A stretch of DNA of 64,000 nt, from NCBI GenBank assembly GCA_017963805.1, contig JAGCTE010000035.1:11839-75838 (forward strand). The letters are read 5' to 3'. Both the position numbers and the translations under genes were made by a program. Below are positions 37,425 through 47,938 of the stretch, piece by piece. Every line of letters begins with the position of its first letter. Positions within the stretch are counted from its first letter, which is position 1. Source of the stretch: a bacterium. GTDB lineage: Bacteria; Auribacterota; UBA3054. Below the pieces are notes generated by a model. It made no database searches and had not been told where the DNA came from. It saw only the letters and a list, made by a program, of their open reading frames with translations.

Positions 37425-39092
37425 TTACTTCAGCACTGCGCCTTGGCTCGCGCTCGTCGCATGCTTTTGATAGCGCGCCATCCACCCGAAGTTCAGGCGC
37501 GGTTCGGGCGGCTGCCATTCGGCTTTGCGCTTAGAGATCTCTTCAGGGGAGAGCTCAGCTTCCAGCTTCTGCGCGTTGATGTCTATGCTGATCATGTCGC
37601 CTTCTTTCAGAAGGCCGATGAGCCCGCCCGAGGCCGCTTCCGGGCTTACGTGCCCTATGCAGGCGCCTCTCGTGCCGCCGGAGAAGCGGCCGTCGGTGAT
37701 CAAAGCCACTTTGTCGCCCAGACCCTGGCCCATGATGTAAGAGGTGGGGGCGAGCATTTCCTGCATGCCGGGGCCGCCTTTGGGGCCTTCGTAGCGGATG
37801 ACGACGACGTCGCCTGGTTTAACTTTGCCGGCCAAAATTCCTTCGCAGGCTTCTTCCTGGGATTCGAAGATGACGGCCGGGCCGCGGTGCGCCATCATTT
37901 TGGGATCGACGCCCACGGATTTGACGACGGCGCCTTCGGGGGCGAGGTTGCCCCAGAGGACGGTGAGCCCTCCTCTTTTCGCGTAAGCGTTGGAGAGTTC
38001 CCTGATGCAGGCTTTGTCCTTGCTTTCCTTGCCCTTTATGTTTTCGCCCAGGGTCTTGCCGGTGACGGTCGGGCAGTCGAGGTTGAGCGAGCCTTCTATT
38101 TTGCTGATCTCGCAAAGGATCGCGGAGACTCCGCCGGCAGCGTCCACGTCCTCCATGTGATACGAGCAGGAGGGACTGACTTTGCAGATGGTGGGGACCC
38201 TTTTGCTGACCTCGTCGATGCGCTTGAGGTCGAAGCCTAAGCCCGCTTCCTTGGCGATGGCAAGGGAGTGCAGGATGGTGTTCGAGGAGCCGCCCATGGC
38301 CATGTCGAGGGTAAGGGCGTTCTCTAGGGAAGCGTCGGTTATTATGTCCTTGGGGCGCAAGTTTTCCTTTACCATTTCCACGATGCGGCGCCCGGCGGCT
38401 TTCCAAAGCTCCTTCCTTTCAGGGTAGACGGCGGGGATGGAGCCGTTGCCGGGGAGCGCGATGCCTAAGGCTTCGCAAAGGCAGTTCATGGAGTTGGCTG
38501 TGAACATGCCGGAGCAGGAGCCGACGCCCGGGCAGGATTCGCATTCGACTTCCTCGAGCTGGGCGTCATTTATGATATTCTGGCTGCGGGCGCCGACGGC
38601 CTCGAAGATGCTGATGAGGTCGAGGGCTTTCTTTCCGTCCTTACTGTGGCCGGCCAGCATAGGTCCTCCGGAAGCGAAGATGGTCGGGATGTTGACTCTC
38701 AAAATGCCCATCAGCATGCCGGGGACGATCTTATCGCAGTTGGGAATGCAAATAACGCCGTCGAAGCAGTGCGCTCTTAACATCGTTTCTACGGAGTCGG
38801 CTATGATCTCCCTGGAGGGCAGGGAGTATTTCATGCCCTCGTGCCCCATGGCGATGCCGTCGCAGACGCCTATGGTGTTGAATTCGAAGGGGACGCCGCC
38901 GGCTTCCTTGATCGCTTCCTTTACTATTTTGCCGACTTCCTGAAGATGGGCGTGCCCGGGGATGATGCCGACGTAAGAATTGCAGACGGCGATGAAGGGC
39001 TTCTTTAAGTCCTCGCGGCTGACGCCGCAGGCATTGAAGAGCGCGCGGTGCGGGGCGCGTTCCAGACCGACTTTCACAGAATCGCTTCTCAT
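37425..39092 (-). CDS. ilvD: dihydroxy-acid dehydratase
   Basis: Full-length IlvD/EDD family ([24 protein letters not shown], Fe-S cysteine ligands); 555 aa. Confidence 0.95.
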   Translation of the reverse strand: MRSDSVKVGLERAPHRALFNACGVSREDLKKPFIAVCNSYVGIIPGHAHLQEVGKIVKEAIKEAGGVPFEFNTIGVCDGIAMGHEGMKYSLPSREIIADSVETMLRAHCFDGVICIPNCDKIVPGMLMGILRVNIPTIFASGGPMLAGHSKDGKKALDLISIFEAVGARSQNIINDAQLEEVECESCPGVGSCSGMFTANSMNCLCEALGIALPGNGSIPAVYPERKELWKAAGRRIVEMVKENLRPKDIITDASLENALTLDMAMGGSSNTILHSLAIAKEAGLGFDLKRIDEVSKRVPTICKVSPSCSYHMEDVDAAGGVSAILCEISKIEGSLNLDCPTVTGKTLGENIKGKESKDKACIRELSNAYAKRGGLTVLWGNLAPEGAVVKSVGVDPKMMAHRGPAVIFESQEEACEGILAGKVKPGDVVVIRYEGPKGGPGMQEMLAPTSYIMGQGLGDKVALITDGRFSGGTRGACIGHVSPEAASGGLIGLLKEGDMISIDINAQKLEAELSPEEISKRKAEWQPPEPRLNFGWMARYQKHATSASQGAVLK

Positions 39093-39239
39093 AATTTTTC
39101 CTGACTGGGTTGATTTGCAGTCTGATCAAGGGAGATTTTACCATAAATCATCCCGTCCCTTTTGACGGGGTGTCTGTTCGTTGAATAAAAAAGGTGATTA
39201 TTGTAAAATTTAAAGGTTAACACTAGGATTTTTTGGAGT

Positions 39240-42200
39240 ATGAAACGAGTTTTCGGAAATACATCCGCCCCTAGGGGCGTGGCGCTTTTGATGGTACTGA
39301 CGGTCCTTACCGTCCTTTCGATCCTTTCCGCGACTTTCGCGACTTTCATCGGCTTGGAGAGCCAGTCCGGCGCCATAAGCGTCGGGCAGACGCAGTCGGA
39401 CATGCTCGCTCAGTCCGCCCTGCAGCACGCTTACGGCCTTCTCAGGGAAGACTATTACAATTCCTCGGCCTACGACGATTACAGCGAATCCTGGTCCCAG
39501 ACCTTCAAGCCCAAAAAAGGGGACCAGGCCGTCGATATGGACGGAACTTACGGCGACAAGACGCACATGTCGCGCTGGATCTACGTCAGGGACGCCAACG
39601 AAAGGATAATCGGCCGTTACGCCGTCATGGTCGAGGACGAGCTCGCGAAGATCAACGTCAACACCGCGACCGCCCTGAGCAGGAAAGAGCAGAACGAGGG
39701 CTTCGGCACTTTCGAAGTGATGCTGACCGGCGAGAACGGCAAAGCCGGCCTGCCGATCTCCCCCGAGGCTGGCAAGAACATTCTTTCCTACCGCTACGGC
39801 CGCGACCAGAAACCCGGCCAGGCGAACGTCGACGACAACCTGAACGCCTCCCAGTACTCTTCGGACGAGATAGACAACAACGCCAACCTTCTCGTGGACG
39901 AGAGGGACGAGGGCGTGGACGAGCCGGAGGAATACAACCCCGACCATCTGGTCTGGGACGACAAGGCTTTCCTTAACATGAGGGAAGTCATTTCGCTTAT
40001 CGCTCCCAACAAGCAGAACCTCAGCCGTTCTCTGGAGAACGCCATCAAGCACTACGCGACCATCACCTCCCGCTCCCAGGAAAGCTATTTCGACGAGACG
40101 TCCGGAAAGGTTTTCCGCCAGCTGAACATCAACAACTCCGACATGAAGCAGCTGAGAAGGGTGATGCGAAACTCCAATCTGGAATACAATTTCGAGAATT
40201 CTTCGACCGCCCTGCGCGAACTGGTCGTCAACATGGCGGACTACACCGACGAGAACCACGTTTTGTCCACCATCGAGAGCACGTACGGCATCGAGGCCGT
40301 CTGCTTCAACGAGATCATGGCGCATGACGGCAGCTGGATCGTGGAGACGGACCACCAGGGCTACGGCAGGAAAGACGAGAACAGCTACCACGTGATGTTC
40401 GCCAACCGCATTTACTCCGGCAACTGGGACTACGACCGCACGGAGTTCATCCCCGGCTCCATGCGCACATACTGGCGCATAAAGGATGTCAGGACGTCCG
40501 GGAACAGGGCGGAAATAAAACTTGACAATCCCATGTACACGAGCGGCGACTACAACACCTTCATGAAAGCGGAGGTCGACGGCTGGCTGAAGGACCAGTG
40601 GAAGAACGCCACGTGCATTATTCATCACGTGACAGGGCAAAGGTCCGCCGTGAGCAAGGGATTTGAGATCGAAGGCAACTCCGCCGGCAATTCCAAGAGC
40701 ATAACCATAAGGGTGTCGGGCGGTCTGGAATCATTTTTGGACGGCGTCAAGACCAACACCGCCAACGACAGGATAAGCATCTGGTCGCACTGGATGTGCT
40801 CAGCGGCTGTCTGGACCGACCGCAAGGAGCAGACGGGCCTTTTCTACACCAGGCCGAACACTCCGAAACAGGAAAAATTCTACTACCTCATCTACAGCGC
40901 CAACCAGGCTTTCAAAAACAACTGGTGCGGTTTCAAGCGCTCCGACCTGAGGGAAATGGACATGGACGGAATTCCTTCCAAGTATTCCGTCACGCAGGAG
41001 GACAAGGATAAACGCGGCAACTACCTGCTGCGCTACAAGTACAAGGACGGCAAGCCGCAGAAACCGAATCACAACGGCTTCCTTTCGCTTTATCTGACTT
41101 CTTCCAGAAGGTGCAAGAAGTCCGGCGCGAACCAGTCCGGCAAAAACGTCAACAGCAGCGACGCGCTCTACTTTTTCCGCCCCGACATCGTCGAGCTCAT
41201 CAACATCAGCTCCGCCCCGATCTCCTTGCGGAACTGGTCGGTCGTGGTCAACACCGGCGTGGAGTCGTACGACCTTGCGCGGATAGACAAGGCCGAGCAT
41301 TACAGCAAGGCTTACGGCGGCTATTACGACGATCCCAACCCCCTGATCGCCCCCGGCGGCTATTTCTACCTCACTTCCAACAAGCAGATCTTCGACATCG
41401 AATACTGCAAGGGAACGGGCGGCTACGGCCACAACAAGGAGAACGAGATCCCGGTCTTTGAGCTTCCCGCGGACGACTGGGGCATCCTGTACGACGTGAC
41501 AAAAGTTTCCGGCTACAACTACGGGCACAGCTACATTACCGTGACGGGCGCCGACTGGAAGAAGGACCAGCTTAAGGGCGAGATCATCGAGTTCGTCTCC
41601 ACGCGTCACCCCAGAGGCGGCTACGACGCGCCGAACGGCATGTTCAAATACGTTTACAACAACACTTCGCACGTCATCGACATCGGCGTGGGCGACGCTG
41701 TCAACAGCGGTTTGGAAGCCGGCGACCAGATCCGCGTGAGGGGCCTGCCGCGCCAGGGCGGTTTCGTCTCCTTCACCTTGAAGAACGAGTACGGCCAGAT
41801 CGCCGCCCGCACGACGGAATACGGCAGCCTTACCAAGGACGAGATCGGTTTCTCAACGGAAAAATCCGACCCGGCCCACTATATCTGGCACTCTGTGAGC
41901 GCCCCGACTTTCGGCGGCACAATAGACAAGGCCAAGAGCCGCGCTTTCAGGAAGCACAGCTTAACGCACATCAAGAACAACCATCTTGCCAACGTCGGCG
42001 AAGTTCTCAACGTAAGGACGGCCGACTCCTGGTCGACCGTCGGCACGAAAGGCCGCGGCGGCGTAAAGACCCTGAAGGCCTTGAGCAAATATTTCACCAC
42101 TTCCGGTATCCGCCTTGACAGCGAAGAGGAAGGCGTTCACCAGAGCGGCTGGAAAGCGGCTTTCGGCGAAGTGAGCCACGCCAACGGCGACAACATCAGC

Positions 42201-43232
42201 GTCAAGGAAGCCGCCTGGTCGCCGAACGCCTGGACGGGACAGACGATGCGCGTTCTCTCCGGACCTTTCAAGGGCGAGAAGATCCCGATCAAGTCCAACA
42301 CCGGCAACGGCGTTTTGGTGGAAGGGCTCTCGGCTCCCAACGAGAAGCAATTGAGGCTCAAGAAAGGCGACCTTATCAGCGTCGGCCCGGGATACGCGAC
42401 GGCCATGTACTACACCGACAAGGAAGGCGACGAGGGAATTTGGGAATGGGAGAACAAGGGGCTTCTGAAGAGCGACTACGGTCTCTACGTCTTCGGGCTC
42501 AACGACTCCATAAAGACCACCGAGTTCCTCGAGGAGAACCACAACGCCACAATAGAAGTTTACGCTTACAATTTCGCCAAAGGCGAATACGACAGGCTTC
42601 CTCTGCCGGACGACAGGATGCGCATCACAAGCGACAATCCCTACCTTATGGGCAGCCAGACCCAGCGCTTGCAGATCGACAAGAACGACAGAGTCTACTG
42701 CGGCCTGATCCACGCCGCGCACATTTCCCCGAGGGGCGGCATCCGCCTTAAGATCGTTCCCCACAACCTGAGAGGCCAGGAAACTTCCGGCAAAGCCTGG
42801 TTCGACTACGCTTTCCTCGCTCCCGGACAGACTAGCGGGAAAATAAACATCAACACCGCCACTCCGCGCGTTTTAGCCGCGCTTAAGGGCGTGACGCCGG
42901 CTATCGCGGCGGCCATCGAGAAAGGCTTAGACCGTTCCGGCAACAAGATCAAGCCCTACAAGAACACCGCGGACATCCTCGACATCCAGGGCATGACGCC
43001 GGCGATCTTCAGCGAGATCTCCAACCTTATCACCGTCAGGAGCGACCAGTACCGCATCAAGGTCATGGCCGATTCCGTTGAGAAAGTGACGAACGACCCG
43101 CAGTTCGACGAAGCGAAGGGCGACAAAGTCATCGCGCGTTCCATCATGGACGTCATCGTCGACAGAAGCGACCTGGCGCAAAGCGCGGAAGACAACGGCA
43201 AGGCCCAATTTAAGGTGATTTCCAAGGAATAG
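39240..43232 (+). CDS. giant GspK/T2SS-K-like pseudopilin-family protein (1330 aa), paralog of 30929..34882
   Basis: N-terminus APRGVALLMVLTVLTVLSILSATFA. DELAKINVNTA motif. C-terminal GKININTATPRVLAALKGVTPAIAAAIEKGL. About 60-65% identity to the first copy along the whole length. TTGTAAAAT -10-like upstream. Confidence 0.7.
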   Translation: MKRVFGNTSAPRGVALLMVLTVLTVLSILSATFATFIGLESQSGAISVGQTQSDMLAQSALQHAYGLLREDYYNSSAYDDYSESWSQTFKPKKGDQAVDMDGTYGDKTHMSRWIYVRDANERIIGRYAVMVEDELAKINVNTATALSRKEQNEGFGTFEVMLTGENGKAGLPISPEAGKNILSYRYGRDQKPGQANVDDNLNASQYSSDEIDNNANLLVDERDEGVDEPEEYNPDHLVWDDKAFLNMREVISLIAPNKQNLSRSLENAIKHYATITSRSQESYFDETSGKVFRQLNINNSDMKQLRRVMRNSNLEYNFENSSTALRELVVNMADYTDENHVLSTIESTYGIEAVCFNEIMAHDGSWIVETDHQGYGRKDENSYHVMFANRIYSGNWDYDRTEFIPGSMRTYWRIKDVRTSGNRAEIKLDNPMYTSGDYNTFMKAEVDGWLKDQWKNATCIIHHVTGQRSAVSKGFEIEGNSAGNSKSITIRVSGGLESFLDGVKTNTANDRISIWSHWMCSAAVWTDRKEQTGLFYTRPNTPKQEKFYYLIYSANQAFKNNWCGFKRSDLREMDMDGIPSKYSVTQEDKDKRGNYLLRYKYKDGKPQKPNHNGFLSLYLTSSRRCKKSGANQSGKNVNSSDALYFFRPDIVELINISSAPISLRNWSVVVNTGVESYDLARIDKAEHYSKAYGGYYDDPNPLIAPGGYFYLTSNKQIFDIEYCKGTGGYGHNKENEIPVFELPADDWGILYDVTKVSGYNYGHSYITVTGADWKKDQLKGEIIEFVSTRHPRGGYDAPNGMFKYVYNNTSHVIDIGVGDAVNSGLEAGDQIRVRGLPRQGGFVSFTLKNEYGQIAARTTEYGSLTKDEIGFSTEKSDPAHYIWHSVSAPTFGGTIDKAKSRAFRKHSLTHIKNNHLANVGEVLNVRTADSWSTVGTKGRGGVKTLKALSKYFTTSGIRLDSEEEGVHQSGWKAAFGEVSHANGDNISVKEAAWSPNAWTGQTMRVLSGPFKGEKIPIKSNTGNGVLVEGLSAPNEKQLRLKKGDLISVGPGYATAMYYTDKEGDEGIWEWENKGLLKSDYGLYVFGLNDSIKTTEFLEENHNATIEVYAYNFAKGEYDRLPLPDDRMRITSDNPYLMGSQTQRLQIDKNDRVYCGLIHAAHISPRGGIRLKIVPHNLRGQETSGKAWFDYAFLAPGQTSGKININTATPRVLAALKGVTPAIAAAIEKGLDRSGNKIKPYKNTADILDIQGMTPAIFSEISNLITVRSDQYRIKVMADSVEKVTNDPQFDEAKGDKVIARSIMDVIVDRSDLAQSAEDNGKAQFKVISKE

Positions 43233-43283
43233 TCCCCCTAAACTATGATATAATGTTCCTTAATAACCAAATAAGGAACAGCT

Positions 43284-44978
43284 ATGGACCTCACTCTTAA
43301 AAAACTGCCGAATTATGACGGTGTGAAAGGACCTTTGGTCTTCGTCATCATGGACGGCGTCGGGATCTTCAAAGGCTCCAAAGAGGGCTATCCCGGCAAC
43401 GCTTATGAAGCCGCCGAGCCTAAAACTCTCCACGCTTTAATAGACAACGAAAAGATCTCAACCAGGCTGCAGGCGCACGGCACCGCCGTCGGCATGCCGA
43501 GCGACGCCGACCAGGGCAACAGCGAGGTCGGCCACAACGCCATGGGCGCCGGCAGAGTCTTCGACCAGGGCGCGAGCCTTGTCGCGAAAGCCATCGCTGA
43601 AAAGAAGATCTACGAAGGCGAGGGCTGGAAGAAAATTATCGGCAACGCCCTTGATAACAAGGCCCCCATCCATTTCATCGGCCTCCTTTCCGACGGAAAC
43701 GTGCACTCCAACATCGCGCACCTTATCGCGATGATAGGGGAGTGCGACGAGAAGGGCGTCGAGCAAGTCTACATTCACACCCTGCTGGACGGCCGCGACG
43801 TTCCGCCGCTTTCCGCTCTTCGCTATATCGGCGAACTCGAAGACTACCTCTGGTCTTTGAGGCGCCAGGCTGAAGCCAGCGGCAAGACGAGAAAATACTT
43901 CATCGCTTCCGGCGGCGGCCGCATGGTCACGACCATGGACCGCTACGAAGCGGACTGGTCGATCGTCGAAAGGGGCTACAACGCCCACGTCCTCGGCGAA
44001 GGCGCGAAATTCCCCAACGCCATGGAAGCCATAAAGGAACTGAGGATCTCCTCCAAACAGGACGACCAGTATCTCCCGGCTTTCGTCGTCAGCGATCCCA
44101 ATGATCCGACCAAGCCTCTGACCACCATCAACGATGGAGACTCCGTAGTCTTCTTCAATTTCCGCGGCGACCGCGCCCTCGAGATCAGCCGCGCCCTGAC
44201 GGAAGAGAATTTCAAGGGTTTCCAGAGAAAGAGATTCCCGAAGGTCGTTTACGCCGGCATGATGGAATACGACGGCGACACGCACATGCCGCCCGTCTAC
44301 CTCGTCAGTCCTCCGCAAATAGACCGCACCGTCTCGGAATACCTCTCCTACAACAAAGTCTCCCAATACGCCATCAGCGAAACGCAGAAGTTCGGCCACG
44401 TCACTTATTTCTGGAACGGCAACAACTCCTCCAAGTTCGACGACGAACTGGAGACCTGGCAGGAGATAGAATCCGACAAGATCCCCTTCGACCAGGCGCC
44501 GAGAATGAAAGCCATCGAAGTTGCCACCGCGTTGGTCGCGGCCATCAAGAGCGGCAAATACAAATTCCTGCGCTGCAACCTGGCCAACGGCGACATGGTA
44601 GGGCATACGGGCTCCATGGCGGCCGCCACGGAGGCCGTGAGGGCCGTCGATGAGGCCGTAGCCATGATCTATGCCGCTACCAAAGAAATGGGCGGAACGT
44701 TGGTCCTCACCGCCGACCACGGCAACTGCGAGCAGATGATCTCCTGCAACAAGAAGACCGGCGAACCGGAAATGGGCGCCGGCGGACAATACAAGCAGCT
44801 AACCAGCCACACCCTGAATCCCGTGCCGTTCGTCATAGCCGGTCCCGACACCGCCCGCTACGAACTGGCCGAGACCAAAAACAAACCGGGGCTCGGCAAC
44901 ATCGCCTCCACGCTTCTCGCGCTCCTTGGCTTCGAGAAGCCGGAAGGCTACTTCGATTCTTTAATCTCCATTAAATAA
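43284..44978 (+). CDS. gpmI: 2,3-bisphosphoglycerate-independent phosphoglycerate mutase
   Basis: MDGVG...GNSEVGHNAMGAGR metal-binding motifs, and a length (564 aa) typical of long-form iPGM. TGATATAAT extended -10 upstream. Confidence 0.88.
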   Translation: MDLTLKKLPNYDGVKGPLVFVIMDGVGIFKGSKEGYPGNAYEAAEPKTLHALIDNEKISTRLQAHGTAVGMPSDADQGNSEVGHNAMGAGRVFDQGASLVAKAIAEKKIYEGEGWKKIIGNALDNKAPIHFIGLLSDGNVHSNIAHLIAMIGECDEKGVEQVYIHTLLDGRDVPPLSALRYIGELEDYLWSLRRQAEASGKTRKYFIASGGGRMVTTMDRYEADWSIVERGYNAHVLGEGAKFPNAMEAIKELRISSKQDDQYLPAFVVSDPNDPTKPLTTINDGDSVVFFNFRGDRALEISRALTEENFKGFQRKRFPKVVYAGMMEYDGDTHMPPVYLVSPPQIDRTVSEYLSYNKVSQYAISETQKFGHVTYFWNGNNSSKFDDELETWQEIESDKIPFDQAPRMKAIEVATALVAAIKSGKYKFLRCNLANGDMVGHTGSMAAATEAVRAVDEAVAMIYAATKEMGGTLVLTADHGNCEQMISCNKKTGEPEMGAGGQYKQLTSHTLNPVPFVIAGPDTARYELAETKNKPGLGNIASTLLALLGFEKPEGYFDSLISIK

Positions 44979-44988
44979 GAGGCAACTC

Positions 44989-45930
44989 ATGAAAAACGTT
45001 TTAATTTTTACGCTTCTGCTTTTCGGCGCGCTGACCATTTTCGCCGCTGAGGAAAAAGAAACGGAAACGGCTACCGCTGAAAAACAGGAAACCACCAAAC
45101 AGGAAGTAAAACCGAATATGAAAGATTTTTCCTACTCCCTAGGCTACGAGATGTACACCAACAACAAAAAGTACAAACTCGTCCTTTCCCCTGAAAAATT
45201 AATAGAAGGCATCGACGACGGCTACGCCAACGCCGCGCCGAAATTCAAGCAGGACGACGTGAAGGCCCAGCACGTGGCTTTCATGGCGCACATGCAGGCC
45301 GACGGCGAATCCGATTTCAAGGATGAAAAAGGCATCCTCAGCTACTTCACCGGCTTCCAGGTCGGAAAGAACTTTACCGCCAACGGCATCGACTCCCTTG
45401 ACAAGAACGAGATCTTAGCCGGCATCAAAGACGCCGAAGAGGGCAAGGAGCCCCGCCTCGACGAGGCCGGCCGCAAGGCCTCTATGGCGGCCATGGACGA
45501 AGTGGTGAAAGCCAAGGCCAAAGCCAAAGCTGAAGCTGTCAAAGTCGAAAGCAAGAAATTCCTCGAAGAGAACGCCAAGAAGGAAGGCGTCAAGGTGACC
45601 GAATCCGGACTCCAGTACACGGTCATCAAAGAAGGCGAAGGCGCCAAGCCGAAAGCCACCGACACCGTGAAAGTCCACTACAAAGGCACGCTCGTCGACG
45701 GCAAGGAATTCGACAGCTCTTACAAGCGCGGCGAACCCATCTCCTTCCCTCTTAACGGCGTCATCAAAGGCTGGACCGAAGGCTTGCAGCTCATGCCGGT
45801 CGGCTCCACCTACCGCTTCTTCATCCCCAGCGATCTCGGCTACGGCGACAGAGGCGCGGGCGCTGACATCCCCGGCGGAGCGGCCCTTATCTTCGACGTT
45901 GAACTTATAGAGATCAATCCCGAAAAATAA
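44989..45930 (+). CDS. FKBP-type peptidyl-prolyl cis-trans isomerase (FkpA-like, secreted)
   Basis: Signal peptide, an N-terminal helical dimerisation domain, and the C-terminal FKBP core (VKVHYKGTLVDGKEFDSSYKRGEPISFPLNGVIKGWTEGLQLMPVGS...DLGYGDRG). Confidence 0.85.
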   Translation: MKNVLIFTLLLFGALTIFAAEEKETETATAEKQETTKQEVKPNMKDFSYSLGYEMYTNNKKYKLVLSPEKLIEGIDDGYANAAPKFKQDDVKAQHVAFMAHMQADGESDFKDEKGILSYFTGFQVGKNFTANGIDSLDKNEILAGIKDAEEGKEPRLDEAGRKASMAAMDEVVKAKAKAKAEAVKVESKKFLEENAKKEGVKVTESGLQYTVIKEGEGAKPKATDTVKVHYKGTLVDGKEFDSSYKRGEPISFPLNGVIKGWTEGLQLMPVGSTYRFFIPSDLGYGDRGAGADIPGGAALIFDVELIEINPEK

Positions 45931-45951
45931 AACCCAAACAACAAAACCAAA

Positions 45952-47163
45952 ATGACGAAGCCTTTCAACGCTAAAAAAATAGCGGAAAACGTTTACTGGG
46001 TGGGCGCCATCGACTGGCAGCTCGCCGATTTTCACGGCTACAAAACGGAACGCGGCACGACCTACAACGCTTTCCTTATTCTGGGCGAAAAAATAACGTT
46101 GATAGACACCGTCAAAAGGCCCTACATGGAAGAGATGCTCTCCCGCATCTCTTCCATCGTGGACCCAACAAAGATCGACATAATCGTCTCCAACCACGCG
46201 GAGCTCGACCATACCGGCTGTCTTCCCGAAATGATAAAGCTTGCCGCCCCGGAAAAAGTCTACGCTTCCCCAATGGGCGTTAAAGCCATAGACGATCTTT
46301 TCCACGGCCAAGTCAAAGCCGAAGCGGTCATAGACAAGGGAACAATAGATCTCGGCGACTTTCATCTGACCTGCCTGGAAACAAGGATGATCCATTGGCC
46401 GGACTCAATGTTCAGCTATCTCAACGAAAGACAGCTGCTCTTCTCCCAGGACGCCTTCGGCATGCACCTCGCCACCGCGAAACTTTTCGCCGACGAGAAC
46501 TGCCCGGACCTTCTCAAAAGAGAATCCGACAAATACTTCGCCAACATCGTACTCCCTTACGCCAAAATGGTTGGCGCGACATTAACAAAATTCAAAGCTC
46601 TGAATCTTCCTGTCTCCATGATCGCTCCCGATCACGGCCCCATCTGGCGCACCCAGGAAGACATTCAGAAAGTCCTCTCCTGGTACGACAATTACGTCGC
46701 CCAGCCCTTCACTAAGAAGGTCGTCATCATCTACGACACCATGTGGGGCAGCACCCAACGCCTTGCCTCCGCCTTCGCGGAAGGCGTGGAAGCGGAAGGC
46801 TGCGTCCCCAGAGTCATCTGCCTAAAGAGCACCGACCGCTCCGAAGTCATGCGCGAACTTATGAACGCCGGCGCCTTGGCCGTAGGCTCCTGCACCATGA
46901 ACAACGGCATCTTCCCGACGGTGGCCGACTGCCTTACCTACATCAAAGGCCTGAAGCCCCAGAACATCCTTGGCGCCATCTTCGGCTCCTACGGTTGGAA
47001 CCTTCTGGCCTTCGAGGAACTGAAAGCCTACTTCGAGAAAGCCGGCATCCCCTTGGTTCTTCCCAACGTCCAGGCCAAGATGATCCCCGATGAGGAAAAA
47101 CTCCTCGAGGCTTATGAAAACGGCCGCGCCTTGGCCAAAGAGCTCTTAACCAAGATCAGCTGA
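45952..47163 (+). CDS. flavodiiron protein (FprA family: metallo-beta-lactamase + flavodoxin domains)
   Basis: N-terminal MBL fold with the HAELDHTG diiron motif. C-terminal flavodoxin-like domain (VIIYDTMWGSTQRLA). Confidence 0.85.
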   Translation: MTKPFNAKKIAENVYWVGAIDWQLADFHGYKTERGTTYNAFLILGEKITLIDTVKRPYMEEMLSRISSIVDPTKIDIIVSNHAELDHTGCLPEMIKLAAPEKVYASPMGVKAIDDLFHGQVKAEAVIDKGTIDLGDFHLTCLETRMIHWPDSMFSYLNERQLLFSQDAFGMHLATAKLFADENCPDLLKRESDKYFANIVLPYAKMVGATLTKFKALNLPVSMIAPDHGPIWRTQEDIQKVLSWYDNYVAQPFTKKVVIIYDTMWGSTQRLASAFAEGVEAEGCVPRVICLKSTDRSEVMRELMNAGALAVGSCTMNNGIFPTVADCLTYIKGLKPQNILGAIFGSYGWNLLAFEELKAYFEKAGIPLVLPNVQAKMIPDEEKLLEAYENGRALAKELLTKIS

Positions 47164-47813
47164 TGGAAGATCTTCTCCCCAAGATCATATTTTTCCTCAT
47201 ACTGCTCTTCAACATCTCCTGGCACGAGAGCGCCCACGCCCTCGTCGCCCACTGGTGCGGCGACGACACCGCCAAGAACCTTGGCCGTATCTCCTTGAGC
47301 CCCATCCCTCACATCGACATCTGGGGCACTCTCATAATTCCTCTCATCAACATTTTCACTCCCGGCGCTTTCGCTCTTGTAGGCTGGGGCAAGCCCGTAC
47401 CCGTCAATCCCTACAACCTCAAAAACCCGAGAAGGGACGACGTTCTTGTAGCGTTGGCCGGGCCTTTTTCCAACCTCGTATTGGCGGTCGCGGTGCTCTT
47501 GATCGTCAGGCTGCTCCCGTTGATACCCGAGCAGCAGGGCAGCATCTTCTTCCAATACCTTATTTTCCCCATGGCGGCCATGAGCATGATGCTCTGCCTT
47601 TTCAACCTTCTTCCCATACCGCCGCTGGACGGCTCGCACCTCCTCTTCAGCTTCCTCCCGCAAAGCCTCAGGCAGTACTACGGCAAAATAAGCCTCATAA
47701 GCTTCATCCTGATGATCGTCCTCATTAACACGCCTGTCTGGCGTTACTTCGGAATGATCATCCAGAAAATTATCTTATTTGGCCTCCGCACCATAAGTGG
47801 CGTAAACTTCTAA
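47163..47813 (+). CDS. M50-family (site-2 protease-like) membrane zinc metalloprotease
   Basis: HESAHALVAH (HExxH) within a TM helix, plus further TM helices. The stop/start overlaps the upstream gene (TGATG). Confidence 0.7.
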   Translation: MEDLLPKIIFFLILLFNISWHESAHALVAHWCGDDTAKNLGRISLSPIPHIDIWGTLIIPLINIFTPGAFALVGWGKPVPVNPYNLKNPRRDDVLVALAGPFSNLVLAVAVLLIVRLLPLIPEQQGSIFFQYLIFPMAAMSMMLCLFNLLPIPPLDGSHLLFSFLPQSLRQYYGKISLISFILMIVLINTPVWRYFGMIIQKIILFGLRTISGVNF

Positions 47814-47938
47814 ATTTACTTAAATAAAACATTATTGCCTTTATTTTCGGAACCCTTTTTGGTAGAATCCCCTCTACCTAAAATGAAATATTGTCCCTAC
47901 GGGACAAACAAAACCAACAACAACCAAAAGGGTAAAAA

